Below, one piece after another: positions 28,269-39,117 of a stretch of 43,657 nt of DNA; position 1 is the first letter of the stretch, and every line of letters starts with the position of its first letter. Made by a program: the position numbers and the translations under genes. The notes beneath the pieces are model-generated. The model made no database searches and was not told the origin of the DNA. It was given only the letters and a program-made list of their open reading frames with translations. This DNA comes from Neobacillus sp. GTDB lineage: Bacteria > Bacillota > Bacilli > Bacillales > Cytobacillaceae. The stretch covers positions 1 to 43,657 of the forward strand of contig JAQSXG010000001.1 of the NCBI GenBank assembly GCA_029256785.1, read 5' to 3'.

Positions 28269-28769
28269 TTACGCGCCTTGTTCTTCTTTTTGTTCTGCAA
28301 CTGCTTTTGTAGCAAGAGCAAGATTGCGAATTGGAGCTTGAAGTACGCTGAGTAGCATAGATAGCAAGCCTTCGCGTGAAGGTAGTTCTGCAAGAGCCTT
28401 AATATCTTCAACTGATGCGATATTACCTTCGATAACACCTGCTTTAAGTTCAAGTGCCTCATGCTTTTTCGCAAAGTCATTAAGAATTTTAGCTGGTGCT
28501 ACTACATCATCGTTACTGAATGCAATTGCATTTGGACCAGTTAACGCTTCATTTAAACCTGAAAGCTCAGCAGCATCAGCCGCACGGCGAGTCATAGAGT
28601 TCTTATAAACTTTAAAGTCAATACCAGCTTCACGTAACTGCTTACGAAGTTCTGTTACTTCACCAACAGTTAATCCGCGATAATCAACAACGATTGTTGA
28701 TTTACTAGCTTTGAATTTTGTAGTAATTTCGTCAACGATTTGAATCTTTTTATCGATTACACTGCTCAT
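28269..28769 (-). CDS. rplJ: 50S ribosomal protein L10
   Basis: [18 protein letters not shown] and [14 protein letters not shown]. Confidence 0.99.
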   Translation of the reverse strand: MSSVIDKKIQIVDEITTKFKASKSTIVVDYRGLTVGEVTELRKQLREAGIDFKVYKNSMTRRAADAAELSGLNEALTGPNAIAFSNDDVVAPAKILNDFAKKHEALELKAGVIEGNIASVEDIKALAELPSREGLLSMLLSVLQAPIRNLALATKAVAEQKEEQGA

Positions 28770-28808
28770 CTTTACACCTCCTGTAGATTATCTACATTTA
28801 TACCCGGC

Positions 28809-28932
28809 AAATAAAAACCTCCATATCAAACGAGACATGGAGGTGCATACAACAGCCAAAATGATTCAGCATATTCTATCGCATTACCTCGGCAGGAAAT
28901 TAAGCTTTTAAAAGCACCTGCTGTCTACAGTA
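28809..28932 (-). promoter_or_regulatory. L10 leader (L10-L12 autogenous attenuator)
   Basis: GTAGACAGCAGG...TTAA..CCTGCCGAGG binding core plus terminator ACCTCCATGTC-N6-GATATGGAGGT-TTTTATTT upstream of rplJ. Confidence 0.9.
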
Positions 28933-28961
28933 CAAATGTTATATTTAAAACAACAAATAGA

Positions 28962-28990
28962 ATTATATAAAATATAATCTAAAATGTCAA
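28962..28990 (-). promoter_or_regulatory. SigA promoter of rplJL
   Basis: Perfect consensus TTGACA-17 nt-TATAAT. Confidence 0.9.
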
Positions 28991-28997
28991 TTGGAAA

Positions 28998-29696
28998 TTA
29001 TTTCGTAGAAACAGATGACGGATCAACCTTTACTCCAGGGCCCATAGTTGAAGTAACTGTTACATTCTTCATATATGTTCCTTTAGCAGCAGAAGGCTTA
29101 ACCTTTACCATTGTTTCAAACACTGTGTTGAAGTTTTCAATAAGCTTCTCATTATCAAAAGATGCTTTACCGATTGGCACGTGGATATTTCCAGCTTTGT
29201 CAACGCGGTATTCAACTTTACCAGCTTTAATTTCGTTAACAGCTCTCGTTACATCAACTGTAACTGTACCTGTCTTAGGATTTGGCATTAAGCCTTTTGG
29301 TCCTAATGTACGACCAAGCTTACCAACCTCACCCATCATATCTGGAGTAGCAACGATTACATCAAATTCAAACCAACCTTGTTGGATCTTGTTAATGTAT
29401 TCTGCATCGCCCACATAATCAGCGCCAGCTGCTTCAGCTTCTTTTACTTTTTCGCCCTTAGCAAATACTAAAACACGTTGTGTTTTACCAGTTCCATTCG
29501 GAAGTACAACAGCTCCACGAATTTGTTGGTCAGCTTTCTTAGGGTCAACGCCTAAACGGAATGCAGCTTCTAAAGTTGCATCAAATTTAGCAAAGTTTGT
29601 TTTCTTTGCAAGTTCAATTGCGTCTGCAATTGGGTAAGCTTTAGTGCGATCTACTAGCTTTGCAGCTTCTAAATACTTCTTACCTTTTTTAGCCAT
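28998..29696 (-). CDS. rplA: 50S ribosomal protein L1
   Basis: [16 protein letters not shown] and [14 protein letters not shown]. Confidence 0.99.
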   Translation of the reverse strand: MAKKGKKYLEAAKLVDRTKAYPIADAIELAKKTNFAKFDATLEAAFRLGVDPKKADQQIRGAVVLPNGTGKTQRVLVFAKGEKVKEAEAAGADYVGDAEYINKIQQGWFEFDVIVATPDMMGEVGKLGRTLGPKGLMPNPKTGTVTVDVTRAVNEIKAGKVEYRVDKAGNIHVPIGKASFDNEKLIENFNTVFETMVKVKPSAAKGTYMKNVTVTSTMGPGVKVDPSSVSTK

Positions 29697-29715
29697 TTTT
29701 ATTTCCTCCTAGATT

Positions 29716-29741
29716 GTGGTTTTAACGGAATTACCTCCCAC
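29716..29741 (-). promoter_or_regulatory. L1-binding mRNA site before rplA
   Basis: GTGGGAGG-TAATT-CCGTTAAAACCAC next to the RBS; asymmetric-loop mimic of the 23S L1 site. Confidence 0.7.
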
Positions 29742-29801
29742 GAATAAAGGTTGCGCTAGCGACGCAACCCCCTTCAACACAACTAACCGTGATTATACGG
29801 A

Positions 29802-30227
29802 TTAGTCTTCGATAACAATACCCATGCTGCGAGCAGTACCTTCAACCATACGCATTGCTGCTTCAACGCTTGCAGCGTTAAGGTCTGGCATTTTCTGTTC
29901 CGCAATCTCGCGTACTGTATCACGCTTAACTGTTGCTACTTTATTACGGTTTGGTTCACCAGAACCAGACTGAATTCCAGCTGCTACTTTCAAAAGAACT
30001 GCAGCAGGAGGAGTTTTTGTAATAAATGTAAATGAACGGTCTTCAAAAACCGTGATTTCAACAGGAATAATTAATCCAGCTTGATCCGCTGTACGAGCGT
30101 TAAATTCTTTACAGAATCCCATGATATTAACACCGGCTTGACCTAGTGCTGGTCCAACTGGCGGCGCTGGGTTAGCTTTACCAGCAGGGATTTGCAATTT
30201 AACAACTTTAATTACTTTTTTAGCCAC
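29802..30227 (-). CDS. rplK: 50S ribosomal protein L11
   Basis: [21 protein letters not shown]; GTG start at 30227 behind AAGGAGG. Confidence 0.99.
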   Translation of the reverse strand: MAKKVIKVVKLQIPAGKANPAPPVGPALGQAGVNIMGFCKEFNARTADQAGLIIPVEITVFEDRSFTFITKTPPAAVLLKVAAGIQSGSGEPNRNKVATVKRDTVREIAEQKMPDLNAASVEAAMRMVEGTARSMGIVIED

Positions 30228-30254
30228 GAGACACACCTCCTTAAAGTCCGTGAT

Positions 30255-30281
30255 GTGGTAATAGGGTTTTACCCCTCCCAC
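30255..30281 (-). promoter_or_regulatory. L1-binding mRNA site before rplK
   Basis: GTGGGAGGGG-TAAAA-CCCTATTACCAC; same architecture as the site before rplA. Confidence 0.7.
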
Positions 30282-30359
30282 TCAGGCAAATGTCTTTATA
30301 TAAAGATAAAGACTTAACAATATTATTGTCTCATCGAATGAGACATACTGACCTATGAA

Positions 30360-30388
30360 ATATTACCACTTTTAAATAGTAATTTCAA
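30360..30388 (-). promoter_or_regulatory. SigA promoter of rplKA
   Basis: TTGAAA-17 nt-TAATAT with an extended TG. Confidence 0.72.
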
Positions 30389-30399
30389 GTTTTTTTACA

Positions 30400-30933
30400 T
30401 TATAATTTTTCTATCTGTGAAAAGTCGAGTTCCACCGGGGTATCCCGACCGAACATATTTACTAAAACTTTAAGCTTAGCTTTGTCTTTATCCATTTCTT
30501 CTACACTGCCTGTGAAGTTCATAAATGGACCTTCTTTAACTCGTACAGTTTCACCAATTTCATAATTAACATCGTAGCGTTTCTCTTCAACACCCATTCT
30601 TTTAAGAATTACTGCCACCTCTTCCGGTAGTAGTGGTGTAGGTTTTGAACCTCCGCCAGATGAACCAATGAATCCTGTTACGCCAGGAGTATTTCGTACC
30701 ACATACCACGAATCATCTGTCATTACGATTTCAACTAACACATATCCTGGGAATACTTTACGTTTTACAACTTTTGTTTTACCATTCTTTATTTCTGTTT
30801 CTTCTTCTTCTGGGACAATTACACGAAATATTTTATCTGTCATTCCCATTGATTCTACGCGTTTTTCTAAGTTCGCTTTTACTTTATTCTCATAACCTGA
30901 GTAAGTATGTAATACATACCAATTCTTTTCCAT
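30400..30933 (-). CDS. nusG: Transcription elongation factor NusG
   Basis: WYVLHTYSGYENKV, FPGYVLV and C-terminal KOW GPF. Confidence 0.99.
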   Translation of the reverse strand: MEKNWYVLHTYSGYENKVKANLEKRVESMGMTDKIFRVIVPEEEETEIKNGKTKVVKRKVFPGYVLVEIVMTDDSWYVVRNTPGVTGFIGSSGGGSKPTPLLPEEVAVILKRMGVEEKRYDVNYEIGETVRVKEGPFMNFTGSVEEMDKDKAKLKVLVNMFGRDTPVELDFSQIEKL

Positions 30934-30993
30934 TCAAGAGGACTAAGCGTCCATCCCTCCCCATATTTATACTATAATTTTTTTAGACAAATG

Positions 30994-31016
30994 AAAAAAC
31001 CCGTTAGACGGGCTTT
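30994..31016 (-). terminator. Intrinsic terminator-like hairpin between secE and nusG
   Basis: AAAGCCCGT-CTA-ACGGGTTTTTT. Confidence 0.7.
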
Positions 31017-31065
31017 AAACGTAAATTACCTTTATTATCACCATTATACCATGAAAAGGCATTTG

Positions 31066-31248
31066 TTATTCAAGAATAACACGAATCAATTCTGATATTC
31101 CTAAATCAATTACAGCAAAAAACACCGTAAAGAAAACAACTGTAGATAAAACAGTAATTGTTGAGCGAGTTAGTTCCTTGCGTTTAGGCCAGCTAACTTT
31201 TCTCATCTCACGGAAAATACCACTGAAGAATGTCTTTATGCGTTGCAT
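31066..31248 (-). CDS. secE: Preprotein translocase subunit SecE
   Basis: EMRKVSWPKRKEL followed by one TM helix; start moved to 31248 behind GGAGG. Confidence 0.97.
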   Translation of the reverse strand: MQRIKTFFSGIFREMRKVSWPKRKELTRSTITVLSTVVFFTVFFAVIDLGISELIRVILE

Positions 31249-31305
31249 CTTTGTAACCTCCAACTATGGGAATAACATTGCTAGTAGACTAAATTAAGAA
31301 AATAA

Positions 31306-31452
31306 TTACTTTGTTTCACGGTGAAGCGTATGTGAATTGCAAGTTTTACAAAACTTTTTTAATTCTAAGCGTTCTGACTTTTCCTTGTTGCTTTCAGTTG
31401 TATAATTCCTAGATCCACATTCTACACATGCAAGAATAATCTTTTTATTCAT
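31306..31452 (-). CDS. rpmG: 50S ribosomal protein L33 (Zn-ribbon paralogue), absent from the ORF track
   Basis: Hand translation gives [48 protein letters not shown]. Confidence 0.95.
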   Translation of the reverse strand: MNKKIILACVECGSRNYTTESNKEKSERLELKKFCKTCNSHTLHRETK

Positions 31453-31493
31453 TTAATTCGGCACCTTTAATATCCATCTATTATATCTTTAAA

Positions 31494-31522
31494 AAGATAA
31501 CATGACACCTATATAATGTCAA
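31494..31522 (-). promoter_or_regulatory. SigA promoter of rpmG-secE
   Basis: TTGACA-17 nt-TATCTT with an extended TG. Confidence 0.65.
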
Positions 31523-31565
31523 TAACCACTGAGAAGGGATTCATATAAATAACACAAATTGATAC

Positions 31566-32216
31566 TTACAGGCTAAACTCCCGAATTTCTAAATAGCGTT
31601 CCAATTTCCTTTTAACCCGTTGCAGAGCATTATCAATGGATTTCACATGACGATTTAATTCCTCTGAGATTTCTTGATAGGATTGGCCATCTAAATACAA
31701 TGCCAATACCTTTCTCTCTAAATCACTTAGCAATTCCGTCATTTTATCTTCGATATGATCGAATTCCTCTTGGTTAATGATTAACTCTTCAGGGTCTAGT
31801 ACCTTTGCACCTGACAAAACATCCATCAAAGTCCGGTCCGACTCTTCATCATAGATTGGCTTATCTAATGATACATAGGAATTCAAGGGGATATGTTTCT
31901 GTCTGGTTGCTGTTTTAATCGCAGTAATGATTTGGCGGGTTATGCACAACTCTGCAAACGCTTTAAAAGAAGTCAGCTTGTCCTCACGGAAATCACGAAT
32001 GGACTTATATAATCCAATCATTCCCTCCTGTACAATATCTTCTTTATCCGCTCCAATTAAAAAGTAGGATCTTGCTTTTGCACGTACGAAATTTCGATAT
32101 TTGTGAATTAAATAATCTAACGCCTCAGTATTTCCTTGATGCACAAGATCAACGATCTCTTCGTCTTCCATCTTGAAAAATTGTTCGTTGATTTTTATCC
32201 CGAAGTCTGTACTCAC
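31566..32216 (-). CDS. sigH: RNA polymerase sigma factor H (Spo0H)
   Basis: KARSYFLIGADKEDIVQEGMIGLYK and KSIDNALQRVKRKL; GTG start at 32216. Confidence 0.98.
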   Translation of the reverse strand: MSTDFGIKINEQFFKMEDEEIVDLVHQGNTEALDYLIHKYRNFVRAKARSYFLIGADKEDIVQEGMIGLYKSIRDFREDKLTSFKAFAELCITRQIITAIKTATRQKHIPLNSYVSLDKPIYDEESDRTLMDVLSGAKVLDPEELIINQEEFDHIEDKMTELLSDLERKVLALYLDGQSYQEISEELNRHVKSIDNALQRVKRKLERYLEIREFSL

Positions 32217-32253
32217 TAAGATCCCCCTCCACCGAACAAGCATAGATACTAAT

Positions 32254-32282
32254 AGTATAAGCACAGAATTTTTTCACGTCAA
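32254..32282 (-). promoter_or_regulatory. SigA promoter of sigH
   Basis: TTGACG-17 nt-TATACT. Confidence 0.78.
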
Positions 32283-32285
32283 CGC

Positions 32286-32795
32286 TTACTTCTGCCCTCT
32301 GCGCCACTTTTCAAAAATTTCTGCCATTTCTTCACTAATCGGTATTTTGGAGGCTGGTTTTTTTTCTTGAATTTTTTTTACGTTTTTTTCGATCCCCTTT
32401 TCAACCGTAGACATTTCTATCAACAACTCACGAGCGGACTTTCTCAAGGCTCCTTGTCCAAAAATCGCCCACTGCTCTGTATAATCTGAAGTAGCCACAT
32501 GTATTTGTGTCTTTCGATTATTTAAGCTAATCGCTAACTTTTCAATCCGCTCGTCTGCTGTTTCATTTTTTTTTGTAAAAATCACTTCCACTTTGTGATC
32601 CTTAAACTTTTTTTCTGTTCCTTGAACATATTGAGCATCAAATACAACAATGACACGATATCCCCAATATGCTTGATACTCTGCCATTCTTTCCACTAAA
32701 CGATCTCTCGCTGCCGGTAGATCATGATCCTTTAATGACTTAAGCTCCGGCCAAGTGCCAATGATGTTATATCCGTCAACAAGCAGGATATCCAT
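32286..32795 (-). CDS. rae1: NYN-domain ribosome-associated endoribonuclease Rae1 (YacP)
   Basis: LLVDGYNII, VVFDA, ETADERIE and VATSD motifs. Confidence 0.95.
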   Translation of the reverse strand: MDILLVDGYNIIGTWPELKSLKDHDLPAARDRLVERMAEYQAYWGYRVIVVFDAQYVQGTEKKFKDHKVEVIFTKKNETADERIEKLAISLNNRKTQIHVATSDYTEQWAIFGQGALRKSARELLIEMSTVEKGIEKNVKKIQEKKPASKIPISEEMAEIFEKWRRGQK

Positions 32796-32797
32796 TT

Positions 32798-33541
32798 CTA
32801 TCCCTCAAGTGGATGTCTCTTACGGTATACCTCATACATTAAAAGTGCGGCGGCAACAGATGCATTTAATGATGTTACCTTACCAGCCATCGGCAAATTT
32901 ATTAGGAAATCACATTTTTCCTTAATAAGCCGACCCATCCCTTTCCCTTCACTGCCGATTACAAGGCCCAGTGGCATTGTACCGTCAAACTTCCTATAGT
33001 CTGCTTTTCCAGCTGCATCTGTTCCAGCAATCCATACCCCGCGTTCCTTTAACTCATCGATTGTTCTTGCCATATTGGTTACTCTCACTACAGGAATATA
33101 TTCTATTGCACCTGTTGAAGCTTTTGCAACGGTTGCTGTTAAGCCCACCGCTCTTCGTTTTGGTATGATAATACCGTGTGCTCCTACTGCATCAGCAGTT
33201 CTCATAATGGATCCAAGGTTGTGTGGGTCTTCAATCTCATCTAGTAAAAGGAAAAATGGTGGCTCGTTTTTCTTTTCTGCTGCGGTAAACAAATCATCTA
33301 ATTCTGCATATTGATAGGCCGCTACATAGGCAAGCACACCTTGATGATTTTCTTCAGCCAGTTGATCAATCTTCTTCTTTGGTACGTATTGAACAATCAC
33401 ATTTGCTTCTTTAGCTAATTGTATGATTTGTTGCATTTGCCCCCGCTGGGAAGATTCAGCTATAAGTATTTTATTGATATCCCGTTCAGATTTTAGCGCT
33501 TCGATAACTGGGTTTTTTCCAACGACGTATTCTTCACTCAT
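32798..33541 (-). CDS. rlmB: 23S rRNA Gm2251 2'-O-methyltransferase (SPOUT family, YacO)
   Basis: [18 protein letters not shown] and SLNASVA motifs. Confidence 0.94.
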   Translation of the reverse strand: MSEEYVVGKNPVIEALKSERDINKILIAESSQRGQMQQIIQLAKEANVIVQYVPKKKIDQLAEENHQGVLAYVAAYQYAELDDLFTAAEKKNEPPFFLLLDEIEDPHNLGSIMRTADAVGAHGIIIPKRRAVGLTATVAKASTGAIEYIPVVRVTNMARTIDELKERGVWIAGTDAAGKADYRKFDGTMPLGLVIGSEGKGMGRLIKEKCDFLINLPMAGKVTSLNASVAAALLMYEVYRKRHPLEG

Positions 33542-33963
33542 TCTGTTGTTCCTCCTTTCCTTTCTTCAACAAATGAAAATGCGTTTAAGATAAGTTCTTC
33601 TAACCTTTCTTTTCTTCCTAACAAATACAAATAACCCATTAATGCTTCAAAAGCCGTGCTATAGTGATAGGTTTGGACATCTGTATTTTTTGGGACAGTT
33701 CCTGATTTTGCATTTCTTCCTCGCATCACTACAGCTTGTTCTTCCTCTGTGAGTAGCTTCTCATCTATTATCCTAAATAATACCTTACATTGAGCCTTCG
33801 CAGATACGTAGGCTGTCCCCTCACGGTGCAATTGATTCGGCTTTACTTTTCCACTTTGGATGAGGTGACGCCTAACATATACCTCGTATATGGCGTCACC
33901 TACATAGGCAAGTGCCAGGCTATTCAATTGTTTCGGATCAACATTTTCTTGATATTCAAGCAT
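33538..33963 (-). CDS. mrnC: Mini-ribonuclease III
   Basis: [16 protein letters not shown] and [11 protein letters not shown]. Confidence 0.96.
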   Translation of the reverse strand: MLEYQENVDPKQLNSLALAYVGDAIYEVYVRRHLIQSGKVKPNQLHREGTAYVSAKAQCKVLFRIIDEKLLTEEEQAVVMRGRNAKSGTVPKNTDVQTYHYSTAFEALMGYLYLLGRKERLEELILNAFSFVEERKGGTTE

Positions 33964-33966
33964 GAA

Positions 33967-35364
33967 CTAGCCCCTTTTCCATCTAGTACCTTGTGGTGTA
34001 TCTTCTAAGATGATATTCATTTCCTTCAATTGATCTCTGATTTGATCGGATAATTGGAAATTGCGGTCCTTACGCGCCTGGATTCGCTGTTCAATTAACG
34101 CTTCAATTTCTTCATCTAACAGTTCCTCATTTTCAAACCTTAGACCTAGAACATTAAATAAATCCTCAAACTGGTTTGTAAACATATCAATTACATCTAC
34201 CGCTGTATTTTTTTCTAACAGATAGTAATTTGCCAGTTTTGATAGATCAAATAAGACAGATATCGCCTTTGCCGTATTAAAGTCATCATCCATCGCTTTA
34301 ATAAATTCATCCTTATGACCCGCAATTTTATCCAGCCACTCCTGATTATTTAATGTTAAATCTGTACTAGCTTCTCTCCGATGCTGTAGGTTTTGATAAG
34401 ACGTTGCTATTCGTTCAAAGGCAGCTTTTGTACTTTCCAATAACTCTTCACTATAGTTAATGGGGTTTCGATAATGAACAGACAGCATAAAGAATCTTAG
34501 TACCTGAGGATTATGCTTCTTTATTATGTCATGCACTAAAACGAAGTTACCTAGAGATTTGGACATTTTTTCATTATCTATATTGATATAACCATTATGC
34601 ATCCAGTAACGTGCGAATGTCTTTCCGGACAGTGCTTCCGACTGGGCGATTTCATTCTCATGATGCGGGAATGTTAAATCCTGTCCGCCAGCATGGATAT
34701 CAATCGTCTCTCCTAGATATTTTTTCGCCATCGCTGAGCATTCAATATGCCAGCCTGGTCTACCAATTCCCCAAGGACTTTCCCAGTAGATTTCTCCTTC
34801 CTTCGCTGCTTTCCATAATGCAAAGTCAAGGTCATCTTGTTTCTTTTCTCCGACATCAATTCGAGCTCCCACCCGCAACTCATCAATCGATTGGTGCGAA
34901 AGCTTTCCATAGTCGTTGAATTTCCTAGTCCGGTAATAAACATCGCCTTCGGATTCATAGGCATAACCTTTTTCAATTAGTTTGCTGATAAACTCAATAA
35001 TAATATCCATATTATCCATTACGCGCGGATGGATATCCGCTCTTTTGCAACCTAGTGCAGTGACATCCTCAAAATAAGCATTAATAAAACGGTCTGCAAT
35101 CGTAGGGACATCCTCCCCTAGCTGATTTGCCGCACGGATTAATTTATCATCCACATCTGTGAAATTTGATACATAGTTCACTTTATAGCCCCGATATTCC
35201 AAATAGCGCCGAACAGTATCAAATACAATCGCAGGACGTGCATTTCCTATATGGATATAATTATAGACCGTCGGACCGCAAACATACATCTTTACTACCC
35301 CTTCTTCAAGCGGTACAAATGTCTCCTTCGTATGTGTTAGCGTATTATAAAGTTGAATCGCCAT
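33967..35364 (-). CDS. cysS: Cysteine--tRNA ligase
   Basis: [18 protein letters not shown] and KMSKS. Confidence 0.99.
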   Translation of the reverse strand: MAIQLYNTLTHTKETFVPLEEGVVKMYVCGPTVYNYIHIGNARPAIVFDTVRRYLEYRGYKVNYVSNFTDVDDKLIRAANQLGEDVPTIADRFINAYFEDVTALGCKRADIHPRVMDNMDIIIEFISKLIEKGYAYESEGDVYYRTRKFNDYGKLSHQSIDELRVGARIDVGEKKQDDLDFALWKAAKEGEIYWESPWGIGRPGWHIECSAMAKKYLGETIDIHAGGQDLTFPHHENEIAQSEALSGKTFARYWMHNGYINIDNEKMSKSLGNFVLVHDIIKKHNPQVLRFFMLSVHYRNPINYSEELLESTKAAFERIATSYQNLQHRREASTDLTLNNQEWLDKIAGHKDEFIKAMDDDFNTAKAISVLFDLSKLANYYLLEKNTAVDVIDMFTNQFEDLFNVLGLRFENEELLDEEIEALIEQRIQARKDRNFQLSDQIRDQLKEMNIILEDTPQGTRWKRG

Positions 35365-36014
35365 TACTTTATTCTCCTCTCTTCCTTCACACCATGTAAC
35401 TCTTGCTTTAGATGACTTAGTTCCTCTTGCAGTTCTCTCAAGCGATCTGCTATTGGATCGGGAAGATCACTATGATTCAAATCCCGGTTGATCTTTTTCC
35501 CATCTTGAATAACCACTCTTCCTGGAACTCCTACTACCGTTGAATTGGCTGGAACTTCTTTTAGCACAACCGACCCTGCGCCAATTTTTGAATTTTCTCC
35601 GATTGTAATCGAGCCTAAAACCTTGGCTCCAGTTGCAATCAAGGCATTATCCTTTATCGTTGGATGCCTCTTACCTCTTTCTTTCCCAGTTCCACCAAGA
35701 GTTACACCTTGGAATACCGTTACATTATTTCCTATTTCACAGGTTTCACCAATAACCACTCCCATGCCATGGTCAATAAAGAACCTCCTGCCTATTTTGG
35801 CTCCAGGATGAATTTCAATTCCTGTGAAAAAACGGCTGATTTGAGATATTGCTCGGGCGATAAAGTAAAATTTCCGTTTAAAAAAGGCATGGGCAATTCG
35901 ATGAGCCCAAATAGCGTGCAGACCAGAGTAGGTAAGGATTACTTCTAAATAGTTTCTTGCAGCAGGATCTTGTTCAAAGACAACTTCAATATCTTCCTTA
36001 AACTTCTTGAACAT
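35364..36014 (-). CDS. cysE: Serine O-acetyltransferase
   Basis: [17 protein letters not shown] and KRHPT; hexapeptide repeats. Confidence 0.98.
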   Translation of the reverse strand: MFKKFKEDIEVVFEQDPAARNYLEVILTYSGLHAIWAHRIAHAFFKRKFYFIARAISQISRFFTGIEIHPGAKIGRRFFIDHGMGVVIGETCEIGNNVTVFQGVTLGGTGKERGKRHPTIKDNALIATGAKVLGSITIGENSKIGAGSVVLKEVPANSTVVGVPGRVVIQDGKKINRDLNHSDLPDPIADRLRELQEELSHLKQELHGVKEERRIK

Positions 36015-36039
36015 GTCTGTCCTCCCCAGTTAAATTAAT

Positions 36040-36310
36040 AAAAAAAACGCCTCTGTCTTTACGACAGAGACGCTTACTAGCGTGGTTCCACTCTGATTAG
36101 ACTGTTAAGCCTTTATTTTAAAAATAAAAAAGGCATATTTCAGTCTCACTCTAACCTGTTAACGGAAGGTTCCGCTCCAGTCTACTCGGAAACTCATCCT
36201 TTCGAAAAGAGACTCGGAGGTGCATTTTCAAATATGAGAGGCTTAAACCATTTTCAGCCGGTGATGGTTTTCTCTTTTAAAGCATCATATTTTACTTTTC
36301 CTCTTCAACA
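36040..36310 (-). promoter_or_regulatory. Cysteine T-box riboswitch
   Basis: Stem I with AGAGA and GCTGAAA motifs; specifier GAAAA-UGC (Cys, 36222-36224); T-box AGAGTGGAACCACG at 36081-36094; terminator CGTCTCTGTC-N5-GACAGAGGCG-T8. Confidence 0.93.
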
Positions 36311-36363
36311 TTTTTACATTTTAAGTTTACTTTCTCTTACTATATTATACTTTTGCTTTAATG

Positions 36364-37821
36364 TTAACCAATAAGTTTGTGAATTCGTAATTGGACTTTA
36401 GACTTTCCTAAAAGTTCAATGGTTTGAGGCAGGTCTGGACCATGTGTTTGTCCTGAAACAGCTGCACGGATTGGCATAAAGAGATTCTTTCCTTTCTGCC
36501 CTGTTGACTTTTGCACAGCTTTCATAGCAGCCTTAATCTCATCCGCTTTAAAACTCTCTAACTGATCAAGTTCCTGTGAAAATGCTTTTAAAACTTCAGG
36601 TACCGTTTCTCCAGCCAAGACTTCCTTCGCATCTTCTTCATATACCGCTTCAGCCTTAAAGAACATGTCTGAAAGTTCAACAATTTCTGCACCAAAGCTC
36701 ATTTTTTCCTGTAATAGCGCTACTAAGCTTTTCGCCCATTGTTGTTCTTCTTCACTCATATTTTCGCTTAACTTTCCTGATTTGACTAAATGTGGAATAG
36801 CAAGTTCAAGAACACGATCAATCTCAGTCTTCTTTAAGTATTGGTTGTTCATCCAAGCAAGCTTTTGTTTATCAAATAAGGCAGGTGACTTCGATAACCG
36901 GTTCGCATCAAAAATCTTAATAAATTCCTCTTTGGAATAGATTTCTTCTTCGCCTCCAGGAGACCAGCCCAATAATGTAATAAAATTAAATAAAGCTTCT
37001 GGTAAATAGCCTAATTCCTCATATTGTTCAATAAACTGAATGATCGATTCGTCACGCTTACTAAGTTTTTTACGGCTCTCGTTGACAATTAACGTCATAT
37101 GTCCAAAAACGGGAGGCTCCCAGCCTAGTGCTTCATAAACCATTAGCTGCTTTGGCGTATTTGAGATATGATCATCTCCGCGTAACACATGAGAGATTTT
37201 CATTAAATAATCATCAATCGTTACCGCAAAATTATATGTTGGTGTTCCATCCTTCTTAATAATGACCCAGTCGCCCATCCCTTCAGATTCGAAAGAAACG
37301 CTCCCTTTTACCATATCATCAAAGGTGTAGGTTTTTCCCTCTGGAACAACGAGACGTATACTCGGTTCACGACCTTCACTTTCAAGCGACGCCCGTTCTT
37401 CAGCCGTTAAGTTCCGGCATTTTCCCGAATACTGTGGCGTTTCTCCACGTTCGGTTTGCTCTTCACGCTCTGCCTCAATCTCTGCTTCTGTACAATAACA
37501 TTTATAGGCGTGACCATTTTCAAGCAATTGATTGTAATAGGTTTGGTAAATATCATTTCTCTCGGATTGACGATAGGGACCATATTCACCACCAACATCA
37601 ACACTTTCATCCCAATCCATGCCAAGCCATTTTAAATATTTTAATTGGCTTTCTTCTCCACCCGCAATATTCCGCTTTTTATCTGTATCTTCAATCCGGA
37701 TGATGAATTTACCACCTTGGCTGCGTGCAAATAAATAATTAAATAACGCAGTCCGAGCATTTCCAATATGTAAATGTCCTGTTGGACTTGGTGCATATCT
37801 TACGCGTACCTCATTCGACAT
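36364..37821 (-). CDS. gltX: Glutamate--tRNA ligase
   Basis: [18 protein letters not shown] and KLSKR. Confidence 0.99.
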   Translation of the reverse strand: MSNEVRVRYAPSPTGHLHIGNARTALFNYLFARSQGGKFIIRIEDTDKKRNIAGGEESQLKYLKWLGMDWDESVDVGGEYGPYRQSERNDIYQTYYNQLLENGHAYKCYCTEAEIEAEREEQTERGETPQYSGKCRNLTAEERASLESEGREPSIRLVVPEGKTYTFDDMVKGSVSFESEGMGDWVIIKKDGTPTYNFAVTIDDYLMKISHVLRGDDHISNTPKQLMVYEALGWEPPVFGHMTLIVNESRKKLSKRDESIIQFIEQYEELGYLPEALFNFITLLGWSPGGEEEIYSKEEFIKIFDANRLSKSPALFDKQKLAWMNNQYLKKTEIDRVLELAIPHLVKSGKLSENMSEEEQQWAKSLVALLQEKMSFGAEIVELSDMFFKAEAVYEEDAKEVLAGETVPEVLKAFSQELDQLESFKADEIKAAMKAVQKSTGQKGKNLFMPIRAAVSGQTHGPDLPQTIELLGKSKVQLRIHKLIG

Positions 37822-37899
37822 ATATCATGTTCCTCCTGTATTACAAACCGTTTTATTTCATCTGATTTATTCTATCATTGCGGGTGGAAGCAATAAAGT

Positions 37900-38382
37900 C
37901 TAAATGTTAACCTTTTTCAACAAAACTGCTACTTGAGCAGCGATTCCTTCCCCTCGTCCAGTAAAACCCAGCTTTTCAGTGGTTGTTGCTTTAACATTGA
38001 TTTGATCAGGGCTCGCCTCAAGTAACTCTGCAATCCGTTCCTTCATTTGCCCAATATGAGGTGCCATCTTCGGCTTTTGTGCAATTATCGTACAGTCCGC
38101 ATTGACCAGTTCATACCCTTTTTCCTTCACAAGCATCCAGACATGCTCCATAAGCTTAGCAGAGTCTGCATCCTTAAAGTTGGGGTCAGTATCGGGAAAA
38201 TGCCTGCCAATATCACCTTCGCCAATTGCCCCGAGGCATGCATCTGAAACTGTATGCAGTAAAACATCTGCGTCGGAATGACCTAAAAGTCCCTTATCAT
38301 ATGGAATTGTAATCCCGCCAATGATAAGCGGACGCCCCTCCGTTAATTGATGTACATCAAATCCTTGACCAATTCGATACAT
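37900..38382 (-). CDS. ispF: 2-C-methyl-D-erythritol 2,4-cyclodiphosphate synthase
   Basis: [16 protein letters not shown] and [16 protein letters not shown]; start moved to the ATG at 38382. Confidence 0.98.
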   Translation of the reverse strand: MYRIGQGFDVHQLTEGRPLIIGGITIPYDKGLLGHSDADVLLHTVSDACLGAIGEGDIGRHFPDTDPNFKDADSAKLMEHVWMLVKEKGYELVNADCTIIAQKPKMAPHIGQMKERIAELLEASPDQINVKATTTEKLGFTGRGEGIAAQVAVLLKKVNI

Positions 38383-38384
38383 GC

Positions 38385-39074
38385 TCAAAACTCCCCTTTT
38401 CTCTTATTCAAAATTGCTTCAGCAAAGTATAGATCCTCTGGTGTTGTTAACTTTATATTGTCATAATCTCCTGCTACCATTGCCACGGGATGACCGATTC
38501 GCTCCACCAAACTAGAATCATCTGTACCGATAAACTTTTCCTTTTCTGCCTGTTCATATGCCCTAATCAAGATTGGAATACGAAAAGCTTGTGGGGTTTG
38601 AACAGCCCACAAGCTAGATCGTTCGACAGTGTCCACTACCAAATTATTACGCACAGTTTTCATCGTATCTTTTGCAGGTACTCCAATAATGGCTGCTCCG
38701 GTCTCCTCTGCCGTTACAACTAACTGATGAATATGTTCCTTCCTAATAAAAGGACGCGCTCCATCATGAACAAGGATAATCCCATCAGTAGTTACTGTTT
38801 TTAATGCATTATATATGCTATCCTGACGTTCTTTTCCGCCTGGAACGAGGTCCCGTACTTTACTTATTCTATATTTCTTTAATAATGTATAAAATACCGC
38901 CTCATCTTGTGGATGAATGGCTAATATAATTCCATCACATAACTCATCGTTTTCAAAAACCATTAATGAATGGATTAGCACTGGTATTTCATTAAGTGTT
39001 AATAAAAGCTTATTTTTCCCCGCGCCCATCCTTTTCCCCTGACCAGCAGCAGGAATAATGACTTGATAAGCCAT
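38385..39074 (-). CDS. ispD: 2-C-methyl-D-erythritol 4-phosphate cytidylyltransferase
   Basis: [21 protein letters not shown] and NIKLTTPED. Confidence 0.98.
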   Translation of the reverse strand: MAYQVIIPAAGQGKRMGAGKNKLLLTLNEIPVLIHSLMVFENDELCDGIILAIHPQDEAVFYTLLKKYRISKVRDLVPGGKERQDSIYNALKTVTTDGIILVHDGARPFIRKEHIHQLVVTAEETGAAIIGVPAKDTMKTVRNNLVVDTVERSSLWAVQTPQAFRIPILIRAYEQAEKEKFIGTDDSSLVERIGHPVAMVAGDYDNIKLTTPEDLYFAEAILNKRKGEF

Positions 39075-39117
39075 AAAAAAACCCCAATCTAAACTTTAAA
39101 GTATCCACTTAAGCTTT

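Noticed and set aside
28241-28480. 79-aa alternative-frame ORF overlapping the rplJ 3' end and running into the repeat
   Set aside because: It is an out-of-frame overlap with no evident RBS or frameshift signal.
32286-33963. Rae1, Mini-III and the YacL PIN domain as a possible toxin or defence cluster
   Set aside because: All are conserved housekeeping genes in their standard Bacillus positions, with no antitoxin or accessory partners nearby.
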